From positions 128,001 to 192,000 of the forward strand of contig CAXXXD010000004.1 of NCBI GenBank assembly GCA_963663385.2: a DNA stretch of 64,000 nt, given 5' to 3'. Below the pieces are notes generated by a model. That model saw only the letters and a program-made list of their open reading frames with translations, did not search any database and was not told the origin of the DNA. Source of the DNA: Oceanispirochaeta sp. GTDB taxonomy: Bacteria; Spirochaetota; Spirochaetia; DSM-2461. Position numbers and translations under genes: made by a program. Below, in pieces: positions 1 to 10,296 of this stretch (within the stretch, counting starts at the first letter, position 1; the number at the start of each line of letters is the position of its first letter).

Positions 1-1
1 C

Positions 2-1123
2 TTTAACATGGTTACGTATTCGGGGATGAAAATCCGGATTCAAAGAGGGCATGAACTGGAATACGGTTTTATTATCCCCTTTTTTCCGGTTATACCTGTG
101 ATTTCCATTGCGGGAAGAACTATAATCGGTCTTTTTCTGCTGAATATGTCCCTTAGGGCTTATTTAATAGCTGTAATCTGGCTTTTTCTCGGATTTCTGT
201 ACTACTTCATCAGACCTGCCGGGGAATTAAGGGCTCAAGCTCAGAGAGAACAGAAATATGGAGAACCGGAGGAGGATCAAGAGGGCCGGCGCCAGGTTCT
301 GGTTGCCCTGTCCAACAGAGAGACTGCTCCCGTACTTCTGCACTTTGCTTCAATTTTTGCCTCATCAAATAATCTGGGACTGACTCTGTCAACAATCGTT
401 ACGGTTCCCTGTCAGACTCCGATAAATGAAGCCTCCCGTTTTAAAGAAAAAGCGGAAGAATTATTGATGAGTAATTTCAGGGAACTGAATAATAATATCC
501 CGGTTAAGCGCCGTCTCCGCTATGCCCATAATTCTGCGGAAGGAATCATTCAGTCGATCCGTTCCAATAATGCGGAAATCCTGGTAATGGGATGGAGCGG
601 ATCCCGACCCCGTAGAAACTTCCGGATGGGCAGCACCCTTGATCCTGTCATAGAGAAAGGCAGCTGTAATCTTGTTGTGATTAAACCGGGAATCAATAAA
701 CAGATCCATGAAATAAAGAAAATCCTTTGTCCGACTAAAGGAAATGGTATTCACACAAAACTGGCCTGGGATATAGTACGGAGTATTGCTGCTGAATCGG
801 ATGCGGATATAACGATATTCCATGTTACCCCTCCTGATAAATCAGGGGGGATCCCTGATCTATTGAAAAATGATCTGTATGCTGAACACGACAAAACCCG
901 GTATAAGGTGAAATTCTATCAAAGCAGAAATCCTGTAGACAGAATTTGCCGGGAAGCCGGGGATTATGATCTTGTCGTCATCGGTGCTTCAGAAACATCT
1001 CTTTTTCAGAGGATTCTCTTTGGATTGAAGCCAAGGAAGATTGCCGAGGGATGCACCTGTCCCGTTATTATGGTACGGAAAAACAGCGGTATCCGCTCCT
1101 GGTTCAAACGGTGGTTCACCTGA
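2..1123 (+). CDS. APC-family amino acid permease fused to tandem universal stress protein domains (5' part outside window)
   Basis: Frame is open from the window edge. Last TM helices (PFFPVIPVIS) are followed by two USP-like domains (VLVALSN...ILVMGW; ILCPT...DLVVIGAS...CPVIMVR). Confidence 0.8.
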   Translation, partial: FNMVTYSGMKIRIQRGHELEYGFIIPFFPVIPVISIAGRTIIGLFLLNMSLRAYLIAVIWLFLGFLYYFIRPAGELRAQAQREQKYGEPEEDQEGRRQVLVALSNRETAPVLLHFASIFASSNNLGLTLSTIVTVPCQTPINEASRFKEKAEELLMSNFRELNNNIPVKRRLRYAHNSAEGIIQSIRSNNAEILVMGWSGSRPRRNFRMGSTLDPVIEKGSCNLVVIKPGINKQIHEIKKILCPTKGNGIHTKLAWDIVRSIAAESDADITIFHVTPPDKSGGIPDLLKNDLYAEHDKTRYKVKFYQSRNPVDRICREAGDYDLVVIGASETSLFQRILFGLKPRKIAEGCTCPVIMVRKNSGIRSWFKRWFT

Positions 1124-1935
1124 TTAAACTTCTCTTTCTGTGGTTTCCCAAAGAAGCCAATTTCAATTATTTCTTCTTTATTGTAGCCCCTATCTCATTC
1201 TTCATTTTTGATATTGATCACAAATTCGAGCGTATGGCCCTGATCCTCACGAATCTGATCGCCATTATACTCCTCCTCTCAAGCGAACTTGTAACCCTTG
1301 TGCCTCCCTTTGTAACCCTGTCTTCCAGACTGATAAAACTCTTCTCCATCCTGTCCCTTGCTTCAACGGTAGGCTCAATAATCATTGTGTTCTATTTCTA
1401 TGCAAAAAATCTATCTTTAATAACCAGCGAATTAAAAATCCTTGCGGATACCGATGTCCTTACCAAGGTGCTTAACAGAAGATCCTTTGAGAAAGAAGGT
1501 CATATGCTTTTTGAGTTCTCAGGGAAATATGGAAAGATGTTCGCCTTCATTATTCTTGATGTTGATTATTTTAAGAAGATCAATGATACATACGGACACC
1601 CTGCGGGAGATGCGGTGCTGGTACAGCTTTCGGAAGTGCTGTCTTCAAACATCAGGCAGAATGATATCCTTGCCCGATACGGGGGAGAAGAGTTTGCCCT
1701 ACTGCTGAAGGGATACAATCCGGAAGGTCTCTATAGAGCCGCGGAGCACCTTAGAGGGGCTGTCGAAAATCATGCATTCATTATTCCAGAGGAAAAAACT
1801 GTCAGAATTACAATCAGCCTCGGGGTAGTCACCTTCTCGGAAAAATACGAGAGCTTCGAACAGATGATAAAAGTCGCTGACAGGGCTCTCTACAGGGCAA
1901 AAGAGGACGGCCGAAACAGGTCGGTCACTGGTTGA
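1051..1935 (+). CDS. Membrane-anchored GGDEF diguanylate cyclase; start uncertain, possibly 5'-truncated
   Basis: DVLTKVLNRR, DVDYFKKINDTYGH, I-site RQND, GGEEF, ADRALYRAKEDGRN. The called start overlaps the upstream gene; the next ATG is at 1234. Confidence 0.85.
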   Translation: MHLSRYYGTEKQRYPLLVQTVVHLIKLLFLWFPKEANFNYFFFIVAPISFFIFDIDHKFERMALILTNLIAIILLLSSELVTLVPPFVTLSSRLIKLFSILSLASTVGSIIIVFYFYAKNLSLITSELKILADTDVLTKVLNRRSFEKEGHMLFEFSGKYGKMFAFIILDVDYFKKINDTYGHPAGDAVLVQLSEVLSSNIRQNDILARYGGEEFALLLKGYNPEGLYRAAEHLRGAVENHAFIIPEEKTVRITISLGVVTFSEKYESFEQMIKVADRALYRAKEDGRNRSVTG

Positions 1936-1954
1936 TCTTACGCAGCAGTCCCTG

Positions 1955-1981
1955 ATGCCCCGGTCGGCATTTTAATTTTTT
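1955..1981 (+). terminator. Putative intrinsic terminator
   Basis: ATGCC/GGCAT stem followed by a T-rich tract after the GGDEF stop. Confidence 0.45.
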
Positions 1982-2119
1982 CCTTGACCCCTCCTCCTGC
2001 GGAAGATATCATTTCTGTGGAAAGTAATCGCAGGTTTTCCGGATTATTGCCTGTTTTCCTACGAAATGCGATCTCCGTCTGCAACAAACTTCGGAAAACC
2101 TTCAAATGGAGGAAATTAA

Positions 2120-3457
2120 ATGAATGCTTTTTTCAAGTGGTATGTGAAGACCTCTCTGCTGCTGCGTATCCTGGTCTGTTTTATTGCCGGTGCGCTTATA
2201 GGCGGTGTCCTCTGGGGTATCTCCAGCGCCACCGTAGGGGAAGGGGCAATTAATCCGGGCGTACAGACAGCCATCAACTATATCGCCCCCTTCGGTACGG
2301 TCTTCGTCGCCATGCTGAAAATGATTGTGATCCCCGTTATCTTTTTCTCTCTGGTTACCGGTGCGGCCAGTCTTCCCATCAGCCGATTCGGCAAGATCGG
2401 TGTTAAGGTTCTCGCCTGGTATTTTCTGACCTCTCTGGCCGCCGCCATTGTTGGTGTTATACTGGCCCTGGCCATCAACCCCGGAGCGGGAACTGGTTTG
2501 AGCGGCTGGGAATCCATGGCTGCCGGTGTGGCTTCTACCGCCGAAGGCGTTGTGGGAGGAGCCAAGTCAGGGGGCGCTGCCTTCAGTGCTCTGCTTATGT
2601 CCATGTTCGAGAATCCCTTCGCTGCTCTGGCCGACGGCCACTTCCTGGCTATCATTGTCTTTGCCGTTTTCTTCGGTCTGGCTATCCGGGTGATGATTGA
2701 GGCGGGAGATGAGAAACAGGGTGCCCGCTTTGAAAGCCTTCTGGATATAATCGATACAGGCAAGGATGTAATTTTCAAGCTGGTAAGCTGGGTTCTGGAA
2801 TACTCACCCATCGGTGTGCTGGCTCTGACTATTAAAAACTTTGGAGAGTTCGGTCCCATTCTGATCGGTCCTTATGTTACCGTTACAGCCGGTGTCGTGG
2901 GAGGTATCCTGATTATGGTTCTGGTGGTCTACCCTGTTTTCCTGGGGCTCTCCACAAAAAAGAATCCCATCAAGGTCATGCGCCGTATGCAGGAGGCTAC
3001 CCTGACAGCCTTTATCACACGTTCTTCTGCAGCCACACTGCCTGTGAGCCTTTCGGTAGCTGAGAAAGACCTCAGGATCAAGAACGAACTGGCTTCCTTC
3101 TCTCTGCCGCTGGGAGCCACCATTAATATGGACGGTGTCTGCGTGCACCTGCCTATGTTCGCCGTTCTCGCAGCCAATATGTTTGGTATCGATCTGTCCT
3201 TCAACAGTCTGCTGCTGATGGTGATTACCACTGTGCTGGCCTCTGTTGGTGCCGGAGGTGTTCCCGGCGGTTCCCTGATGCTTCTTTTTATCATCCTGGA
3301 GCAGATAGGCCTGTCTCCCGATCAGGTAGCCACCGTCGTTGCTCTGGCTCTGGGGATCAACCCCATTCTGGATATGTTCGAAACAGCCAATAATGTGACA
3401 GGAGACCTGGTGTGTACCTATGCCGTAGCCTCCCGTGAGTCCATGGTTGAGGAATAG
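2120..3457 (+). CDS. Dicarboxylate/amino acid:cation symporter (DAACS family)
   Basis: AFITRSSAATLP, LPLGATINMDG, GAGGVPGG, DMFETANNVTGD motifs; GGAGG SD. Confidence 0.92.
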   Translation: MNAFFKWYVKTSLLLRILVCFIAGALIGGVLWGISSATVGEGAINPGVQTAINYIAPFGTVFVAMLKMIVIPVIFFSLVTGAASLPISRFGKIGVKVLAWYFLTSLAAAIVGVILALAINPGAGTGLSGWESMAAGVASTAEGVVGGAKSGGAAFSALLMSMFENPFAALADGHFLAIIVFAVFFGLAIRVMIEAGDEKQGARFESLLDIIDTGKDVIFKLVSWVLEYSPIGVLALTIKNFGEFGPILIGPYVTVTAGVVGGILIMVLVVYPVFLGLSTKKNPIKVMRRMQEATLTAFITRSSAATLPVSLSVAEKDLRIKNELASFSLPLGATINMDGVCVHLPMFAVLAANMFGIDLSFNSLLLMVITTVLASVGAGGVPGGSLMLLFIILEQIGLSPDQVATVVALALGINPILDMFETANNVTGDLVCTYAVASRESMVEE

Positions 3458-3510
3458 AAAGATCTGCCGGTTTCCACTTATGGGGGGGCCGGGCAGCTTT
3501 CACTTTGTTA
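3457..3510. terminator. Hairpin between convergent genes, likely terminator
   Basis: Imperfect GAAAG..CTGCC-GG / CC-GGGCAG-CTTTC stem followed by Ts. Confidence 0.5.
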
Positions 3511-3534
3511 TTTACGATTGGGACCCGGCGCGTG

Positions 3535-6240
3535 TCAGATGACTTTAGACACAGCAATACTCAGGGATGATCTGTCATATGGTTTTTTTATGAAACCGGC
3601 CAGTCCCATATTTTTGATTTCATCTGTTTCAATATCTGTATACCCGGATGCCATAATCACTTTTACATCCGGGTTGAGTCTCTTCAATTCACCTAAACAC
3701 TCTTTTCCGTTCATTACCGGCATGATCATGTCCATTAATACAAGATCAATTTTTTCCTGTTCTGATTTATATATTTCTATACCCTTCTGACCGTCTTCTG
3801 CCAGAAGTGCTGTATAGCCCAGTTTTTCCAGTATGGCTTTTGTTGTCTTCCTGATTATCTGGTTATCTTCTATTACCAGAATTTGTCCTGTTCCGCCTAT
3901 ATGCTGAATCCCTTTCTCATTTTCCTGTGACGGCCCTTTATAGAGAGGAAGAAACAGAGTGAATGTTGTTCCCTTCTGTAATACGCTATCTACAGAAACC
4001 GCTCCCCGGTGGTGTTTTACGGCGCCATAAACCACAGACAAGCCGAGTCCTGTTCCGGCGCCCTGGTCTTTTGTCGTGAAAAAAGGTTCAAATATGCGTT
4101 CCATATGATCCTGGTCAATTCCTGTTCCGGAATCCCGGACTTCGATCCTGATATACTGGCCCGGCAATATTTCAAAAGAACTCTCCCTGCAGAACTCTTC
4201 TGACAGTACTACGTTCCTGCTGGCGAAAATCAGTTCTCCGCCGTTGGGCATGGCATGCTCCGCATTGATACCAAGGTTTATAAAAACATTTTGCAGCTGC
4301 ACAAAGTCTCCAAGTACTACTGCAGATTCCGCTTTCAGGGAATTCAGTATCCTGACTTTTTTATCCAGACTGTGCTCCAGGAGGGTAATGGCGCTGTTTA
4401 AGGCGGAGTGAACATCAACAGGAACGGATTCCTTAACGCCTTTTCTTGAAAACAACAATAATTTATTTGTGAGTTCCGCTGCGTTTCTGGTCGAATTGAT
4501 GATCATATTAAGGTAATTCTCTGCTTGCTCCGGGTCGTCCAGGGACATTTTCATCAGTTCGGAACTGCCCAGAATCCCTCCCAGCATATTGTTGAAATCA
4601 TGAGCTACTCCACCAGCCAGCTGACCTATGGCATCAAGCTTCTGACTCTGTCTCAGCGATTCTTCCATTACAACCCTGTCGGTGACGTCATCGATCCGGA
4701 TAACAGCCCCTTCAACACCATTTGCAATTAAAGGATATACCGTTACATCGTCAAAAAAGGTTTTGTTGGAAACAATCCGCATGCGATTTGTTTCATGGCG
4801 TTCCGTTCTGGTCTTCAGGGCTTTATTGATGTTCTCCATCTCATCAGCCAACAGGGGGACGGCATCGCAGATTCTCTTTCCTATAGCTTGCTCCCTTCCC
4901 AGTCCTGTCAGGGTTTCGGCCTTATTGTTCCAATGGGTAATGATACCTTCCGGGGTGACTCCAATCAGGACCGATGGCATGGAATTTATGATATTATCAA
5001 TATAATTGTGGGCTTTTCTTAATTGAACAGTTCTTTCGGTGACAATCTCTTCTAATCTGTCTTTTGTACTCTGGAGGGATAGATTGGTTTCATTCAGCTC
5101 CTCGACTGTCTGTTCAAGTTCTTCATTTGTTCTCTTCAGTTCCATCGTCCTGTCTTCGACAATCCGTTCCAGCTCCTCCCGATTTTTATTCAGTTCCTTT
5201 ACCATGGAATTGATGGAGCCCGACAGTATCCCTATCTCAGAGCTGTCATCGATTACTGTGCAGATAGTCGTATCTCCCTCCTGGATCTCCCTGGTCTTTT
5301 CTGTAAGGATTTCAACAGGACGGACTACGGAATGGACAGCATGGTAGAGTATGATTGAACCCAGAAGCAGGCCGACAAGCAGTATGGTGAAATTGGTCAG
5401 AGTAAGAGTCCTGACTTCTCTTGTAATATCCTGATAGCTGCCCAGAACAGCCAGGGACCAGTTGCTGGACGGGATAGGAGAAAACGAAATGTACTTCCTG
5501 CTTTCTCTGTCGGAATAACTGGCGAATCCTGTCTTCTGATCAACCATTGAGTTCGATAGATCATCAAGAGGTTTCAGTGGTTCGAGAGCGTCCAGTCCCC
5601 AGGAAAGGATAAGTGACGGATCTTTGTGAAACAGGAATCTCCCCTGATTATCCAGGATAAACAGAGACCCCGATTCGCCTACTTTAACAGTACTGATGCT
5701 TTTAAACAGTTCCTCCAGAGGGAGAACCATGCCGACCAGACCTTCCATTACCGGTTCCTGATGTTTAACGTATCTAATCAGAACAGGGGAGTAGAAGATG
5801 ACCGACATCTGACCATAAAAAGTTTCCGGTGTTCCTAATACGGGACTCATATGGACAGATGCTTTTTTCCATGATTGCAGGGAGTGGAGGTCGGATCCGA
5901 TAAATGCTTTCCTGTAGGGAGCCATATCCCGTACAATGCCATTTGTCTGAGTGTAGAATATATGGGAGAACTCAGGATATCTGCTCTTATATTCCTTCAG
6001 AATGCTTTCTATATTAATGGCTGTAACGACGGCGCTGCTCAGGTTCTGAGCGGTATTCAAATACTGGCTTATTGTTCCGTCCAGCTGTTCGGAATAGGTT
6101 CGGCTTAATAATAGAGCCTGTTCCTGCGCCTGCTTTCTAAGAGATGAGGCTGTATATATACCTGAAACGCTTGCTGTAATGCTATGTACAAGAATATAAA
6201 TGGGTAAAATAGCAATCATCAAACGGATTTGAATCTTCAA
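3535..6240 (-). CDS. Hybrid sensor histidine kinase (dCache-HAMP-PAS-HisKA-HATPase-REC)
   Basis: Two TMs, HAMP (EIGILSGSINSM), H-box AHDFNNML, FEPFFTTK, GTGLGL, C-terminal receiver DMIMP. Confidence 0.92.
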   Translation of the reverse strand: MKIQIRLMIAILPIYILVHSITASVSGIYTASSLRKQAQEQALLLSRTYSEQLDGTISQYLNTAQNLSSAVVTAINIESILKEYKSRYPEFSHIFYTQTNGIVRDMAPYRKAFIGSDLHSLQSWKKASVHMSPVLGTPETFYGQMSVIFYSPVLIRYVKHQEPVMEGLVGMVLPLEELFKSISTVKVGESGSLFILDNQGRFLFHKDPSLILSWGLDALEPLKPLDDLSNSMVDQKTGFASYSDRESRKYISFSPIPSSNWSLAVLGSYQDITREVRTLTLTNFTILLVGLLLGSIILYHAVHSVVRPVEILTEKTREIQEGDTTICTVIDDSSEIGILSGSINSMVKELNKNREELERIVEDRTMELKRTNEELEQTVEELNETNLSLQSTKDRLEEIVTERTVQLRKAHNYIDNIINSMPSVLIGVTPEGIITHWNNKAETLTGLGREQAIGKRICDAVPLLADEMENINKALKTRTERHETNRMRIVSNKTFFDDVTVYPLIANGVEGAVIRIDDVTDRVVMEESLRQSQKLDAIGQLAGGVAHDFNNMLGGILGSSELMKMSLDDPEQAENYLNMIINSTRNAAELTNKLLLFSRKGVKESVPVDVHSALNSAITLLEHSLDKKVRILNSLKAESAVVLGDFVQLQNVFINLGINAEHAMPNGGELIFASRNVVLSEEFCRESSFEILPGQYIRIEVRDSGTGIDQDHMERIFEPFFTTKDQGAGTGLGLSVVYGAVKHHRGAVSVDSVLQKGTTFTLFLPLYKGPSQENEKGIQHIGGTGQILVIEDNQIIRKTTKAILEKLGYTALLAEDGQKGIEIYKSEQEKIDLVLMDMIMPVMNGKECLGELKRLNPDVKVIMASGYTDIETDEIKNMGLAGFIKKPYDRSSLSIAVSKVI

Positions 6241-6386
6241 TATCTGTATCCTGTTCTCTGCATAAAAAATAATGCAAAGTTTTTATCCGCTTATTATAAT
6301 ATAAAAAACAATGTAATGAAATATTCATTACCGTTCTGTACAGAATGAAGGAGTATGAGAGTTATCCTATGTTATATTGTAGAAAA

Positions 6387-7256
6387 ATGGTACTTGTTTC
6401 AGTTTCTGTTCTGTTATTATTTGGCTGCCGGAAGAAAAATGAGCTTGTCATCAGGGATTCTCCCTCTGATGAACCGTCTGCTGTCAATGAAGAGTTGCCG
6501 GAGAGTGACCGGATGGAAATGGAGAAGCCTCTTATTGCACTTTCCGACTCTGATACTCTGCTGATTATGGTCCGGCAGGACGGAGCTCCGGGGATGTATC
6601 TGGGAGAAGATGACAAACTGCACGGTTTCTATGTGGATCTTGAAAAAATGATAATGGACGAAATGGGGCAGGCTTACCGTCTGATTCCCTATAGTGATGT
6701 GGGGCCTATCATTCTGAAGCTGAAATCGGGCGAAGTTCATAGTGCACTGGCGGCTCCCGATCTGGCAGATTACAGAAGCTTTCTCAACCTGTCCGTGCCG
6801 TATGAGATTTTAAACTATGTCACTTTTATCAGAAAGGGCGATTCGCGGTTTGACGATTCCTCACGGGATGCGGTTATTCAAAGCCTGGAAGGAAAGAAAG
6901 TCGGAGTCCAGGCTCAGGGTCATATTTATCAGCTCTTACGGGACAATCGGAATATAGAGCTGGTTGAATATCCGACTACCACAATGGCATTGGAAGATCT
7001 GAACAAAGGTCTTCTGGATGCCGTTCCGGATGTTAAGAGAATCGGTGAATATTATGCGGGGCTGAAGGGTTGGGAGATAACCCCTGTCGGCGGTGTCATT
7101 TTCAGCCATAAAATTACCACGGCTTTTTCTCAAATGCTCGCGCCTGCTCTGCTTGAGAAGTACAACACAGCATTAACGGCACTAATGGATCAGGGAAAAG
7201 TCCGGGAGCTGTATGAAAGTTACTTTGCGCCTGAAAACTTATATACCAGACCCTGA
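6387..7256 (+). CDS. Family 3 (amino-acid type) solute-binding lipoprotein without cognate permease
   Basis: Lipobox LLLFGC; GFYVDLE, LEGKKVGVQ, LNKGLLDA. Alternative upstream start at 6345. Confidence 0.75.
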   Translation: MVLVSVSVLLLFGCRKKNELVIRDSPSDEPSAVNEELPESDRMEMEKPLIALSDSDTLLIMVRQDGAPGMYLGEDDKLHGFYVDLEKMIMDEMGQAYRLIPYSDVGPIILKLKSGEVHSALAAPDLADYRSFLNLSVPYEILNYVTFIRKGDSRFDDSSRDAVIQSLEGKKVGVQAQGHIYQLLRDNRNIELVEYPTTTMALEDLNKGLLDAVPDVKRIGEYYAGLKGWEITPVGGVIFSHKITTAFSQMLAPALLEKYNTALTALMDQGKVRELYESYFAPENLYTRP

Positions 7257-7346
7257 GATTTCGTAAAAGGCAGGCGGTCAAACTCTACCGGGGGAGTGTG
7301 ATAATAGAAGAATCCCGGCGCAAACCCGGAAACAAGTCTTCCGGAT

Positions 7347-7375
7347 TTGACAAAATCGGGTTCCGGCTGAATACT
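7347..7375 (+). promoter_or_regulatory. Putative sigma70 promoter for the YesM-like kinase
   Basis: TTGACA-17 bp-AATACT ending 7 bp before the ATG at 7383. Confidence 0.4.
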
Positions 7376-7382
7376 GTTTGCC

Positions 7383-9062
7383 ATGATCAGTCGGAACCTG
7401 ACTCTGAAAAAACGGTTTTTCATTTTCTTTTTTCTCCTTATTGTCCTGCCAATTTTTCTTTTTATGACTCTCGTATTCGAGCGGTACTACTCCGCTCTGT
7501 TCGACGCAAGGCTCAGGGAGTCGGAAAACCTGATCCGCAGTTACGGCGAATCGATAGAGGAAGAAATCAAAACCATGTCCCTGAAAACATCGGCTCTGGC
7601 TTTCAACCGTGAATTTATCGATCTGGCTGAAAAGTACAGCCAGGCGGAGAACCAGAAGGATGCCTTTCTACAGGGGAAATCCATGGAAAATATTCTGAAT
7701 ATCTATTTTGACTACTCTGATGACATCATTACTCTGTGTCTTCTTTTCCGGGGTGACCGCTCCTATATCTACAAGAATCCTCTGCCCGAACCGCCCAACC
7801 TCATGCGGAACGACGACTGGTTCAGGCAGATCTCAAATGAAAAAGGGAAAATATTCCTGATCAATGATTTGACTTACAAGAAAGCTCACGGTACGCCGAA
7901 CCTGCGTTTCGGGGCGGCTATACGGCCTGATGCGGGCCTGCGGACATCCCTCGAGGCGATTCTGGTTCTCTACCAGTCCAGAACCCTTAACAGCATCGCG
8001 GCAAACAGCCCCGAATCGGGACGATTCACCGTTTTAGACGGCATGGGTGCCAAATTGTTTGCCGAAGGATCCCTGAACAGCAGGGGAAAAATAATAAAAC
8101 GAAGCTATCCTATCGGCAATACTTCCTGGTCTCTGGAAAATACAATGTCCCTGAGCGAGATAAGACAGCCCGTGCTGGACAGCTTTTTCATCTTTCTTAT
8201 TTTTATGCTCATCATAACCGCATTGTTTTTTCTCTTTGTCATGTCCCAGTTCAGACTGATCATCGGCCCTATCAATTACTCTATCGGAACCATGGCCAGA
8301 CTGGAAAAGGGGGATTTTTCCGTTCGTCTCAAAGCCTCCCCCATCCCCGAGCTGAATCATATGGCCGACTCCTTTAACAGCATGGTCAGGGAGATTGAAA
8401 ATCTGACAGAGGAGATCCGTAAGACCGAAGGAGAGAAGAGAAAGGTGGAAGTCCGGGCGCTGCAGTACCAGATCAATCCTCATTTCCTCTCAAACACGCT
8501 CAATTCCATCAAGATCATGGCCAGAATGATACAAGCCGATACAATCCGGGAAACCACAACGAGTCTTATGCGTATCCTTTCCGACACATTCCGCCATCCG
8601 GGACGGCTTAATACGGTAGAACAGGAACTGGCGATCCTCAGGGATTACATTCAGATTATGAAGATCCGCTTTAATAATTCCTTTACCGTAGCGTTCCGTC
8701 TTTCTGAAGAAGCCAAACCGGTGGGCATAATGAAACTGCTCATTCAGCCTATCGTGGAAAATGCGGTTGTCCACGGACTTCGGGAAAAAGAAGCAGGTGG
8801 ACGACTGTTTATAAAAGCATTCATCCGGGAGGAAAAACTGGTCGTTCAGGTGGTAGACAATGGCGAAGGAATGGAAAGCCTTCCTGAAAATATACCTGAC
8901 GAGGATTCCCATAACGGAATGTATAACATCGGTCTGCAGAATGTGATGGATAGAATTCGCCTCAATTACGGAGATCCCTACGGGATAGAAATTACAGGCA
9001 GGAAAAACTGCTACACTAAAGTCGAAATCCTGCTGCCTGTCTGTGGAGTGCATGATGATTAA
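7383..9062 (+). CDS. YesM-like sensor histidine kinase
   Basis: Two TMs, HAMP, LQYQINPHFLSNTL, LLIQPIVENAVVHG, DNGEG. Confidence 0.92.
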   Translation: MISRNLTLKKRFFIFFFLLIVLPIFLFMTLVFERYYSALFDARLRESENLIRSYGESIEEEIKTMSLKTSALAFNREFIDLAEKYSQAENQKDAFLQGKSMENILNIYFDYSDDIITLCLLFRGDRSYIYKNPLPEPPNLMRNDDWFRQISNEKGKIFLINDLTYKKAHGTPNLRFGAAIRPDAGLRTSLEAILVLYQSRTLNSIAANSPESGRFTVLDGMGAKLFAEGSLNSRGKIIKRSYPIGNTSWSLENTMSLSEIRQPVLDSFFIFLIFMLIITALFFLFVMSQFRLIIGPINYSIGTMARLEKGDFSVRLKASPIPELNHMADSFNSMVREIENLTEEIRKTEGEKRKVEVRALQYQINPHFLSNTLNSIKIMARMIQADTIRETTTSLMRILSDTFRHPGRLNTVEQELAILRDYIQIMKIRFNNSFTVAFRLSEEAKPVGIMKLLIQPIVENAVVHGLREKEAGGRLFIKAFIREEKLVVQVVDNGEGMESLPENIPDEDSHNGMYNIGLQNVMDRIRLNYGDPYGIEITGRKNCYTKVEILLPVCGVHDD

Positions 9063-10209
9063 CGTTGTTATTGCCGATGATGAACCCCTGGCGCTGATAG
9101 AGCTCAGAAGCCTGATCCCCTGGGAGGAGAACGGCTTCCGCATCATCGGGGAATTCCGGAACGGAAAAAGCGCTCTGGATTTTCTGACTGAGCATGAGGA
9201 AGCAGATCTTGCCATCCTGGACATCAATATGCCGGCAATGTCCGGCTTGAAAGTCATCGAGGAGAGAAACAGGATCGACAGACCCGTCGAGTATCTGGTG
9301 GTGAGCGCCTACAGCGATTACCCTCTTGTGAGAAAAGCCTTTAAAATGGGGATCTCCGACTATATCATCAAGGAAGAGCTGGAGCCGGAAAATCTCCTGC
9401 CGGTCCTGCAGAAGATTGCCGCCCGTATAGAAAGACGGCGGATTAACAGTACGGCCGGAAGGACCGGGCTCCAAAAGGAAGAGCGGGAAGCTCTCATTCG
9501 CTTTTTAACAGCAGGAGGTTCGGTTCCCGATATCGCTCCCTTGAACTGCAGCGGGAAAGCATTCCGTCCTGTAAAGATTGAACAGCTGACCTGCAGGGAA
9601 GGTGAATCCTCTGCCGATGGCAAAGCTCTTCTCTCCCTGATCGAAGAAGCTGCGGAAAAGGTCTGTCCGGGGGCTTTCTGTCTGGAAGATGAAAAATGCT
9701 GTTATCTGATTCTCCCTTTTGATAATGATGATAAAAACGCGGCTGAAAAATGCCGACGCTTTAGCGGGGAGATAAAGCAGAGGGTAAAGCTGTATTTCAA
9801 CAAGCTGCTGATTCTCTCATGGGAGGAGAGCGGTGCGCCGGAAGAGCTGCCTTCCTGTTTCGGGAAACTGAAATTGCTCCGCAGATTCAGAAGCCGGGGT
9901 ATCCGTCTCTCCATGGAATACATACAGGAGCATTACAGTGAAAGCGAGCTCAGCTTTGAAGATCTCTGTTCACTTACAGGTTCGAGCCGCAGTTATCTCA
10001 GTTCCCTGTTCAAGCAGGAAACGGGAGTCGGCTATAAGGATTATCTGAATGAAGTGCGCATCTCCCATGCGCTGTCTCTCCTCGACAAATCGGATATAAA
10101 AGTCCAGGAGGTTTCCGATCATGTAGGATTCTCCAATGTGGAGCATTTCAGCCGGACCTTTAAAAGCCGTACGGGAATTTCGCCGAGTCAGTATTCCCGC
10201 CGGAAATAA
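9052..10209 (+). CDS. YesN-like response regulator (REC + AraC HTH)
   Basis: IADDE...DINMP receiver; C-terminal SYLSSLFKQETG...VGFSNVEHFSRTFK. Confidence 0.92.
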   Translation: MMINVVIADDEPLALIELRSLIPWEENGFRIIGEFRNGKSALDFLTEHEEADLAILDINMPAMSGLKVIEERNRIDRPVEYLVVSAYSDYPLVRKAFKMGISDYIIKEELEPENLLPVLQKIAARIERRRINSTAGRTGLQKEEREALIRFLTAGGSVPDIAPLNCSGKAFRPVKIEQLTCREGESSADGKALLSLIEEAAEKVCPGAFCLEDEKCCYLILPFDNDDKNAAEKCRRFSGEIKQRVKLYFNKLLILSWEESGAPEELPSCFGKLKLLRRFRSRGIRLSMEYIQEHYSESELSFEDLCSLTGSSRSYLSSLFKQETGVGYKDYLNEVRISHALSLLDKSDIKVQEVSDHVGFSNVEHFSRTFKSRTGISPSQYSRRK

Positions 10210-10296
10210 GACAAAAGATCAAATCCCCAAAAACAGGATCATTCACAGATCCGGAATTGCCCCTGAAAATGAGGAAAGCTTAATAAGGAGTTACAA

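Noticed and set aside
10211..10252. GATC-centred direct repeats as an AraC-type regulator site
   Set aside because: Plausible position, but too short and degenerate to support.
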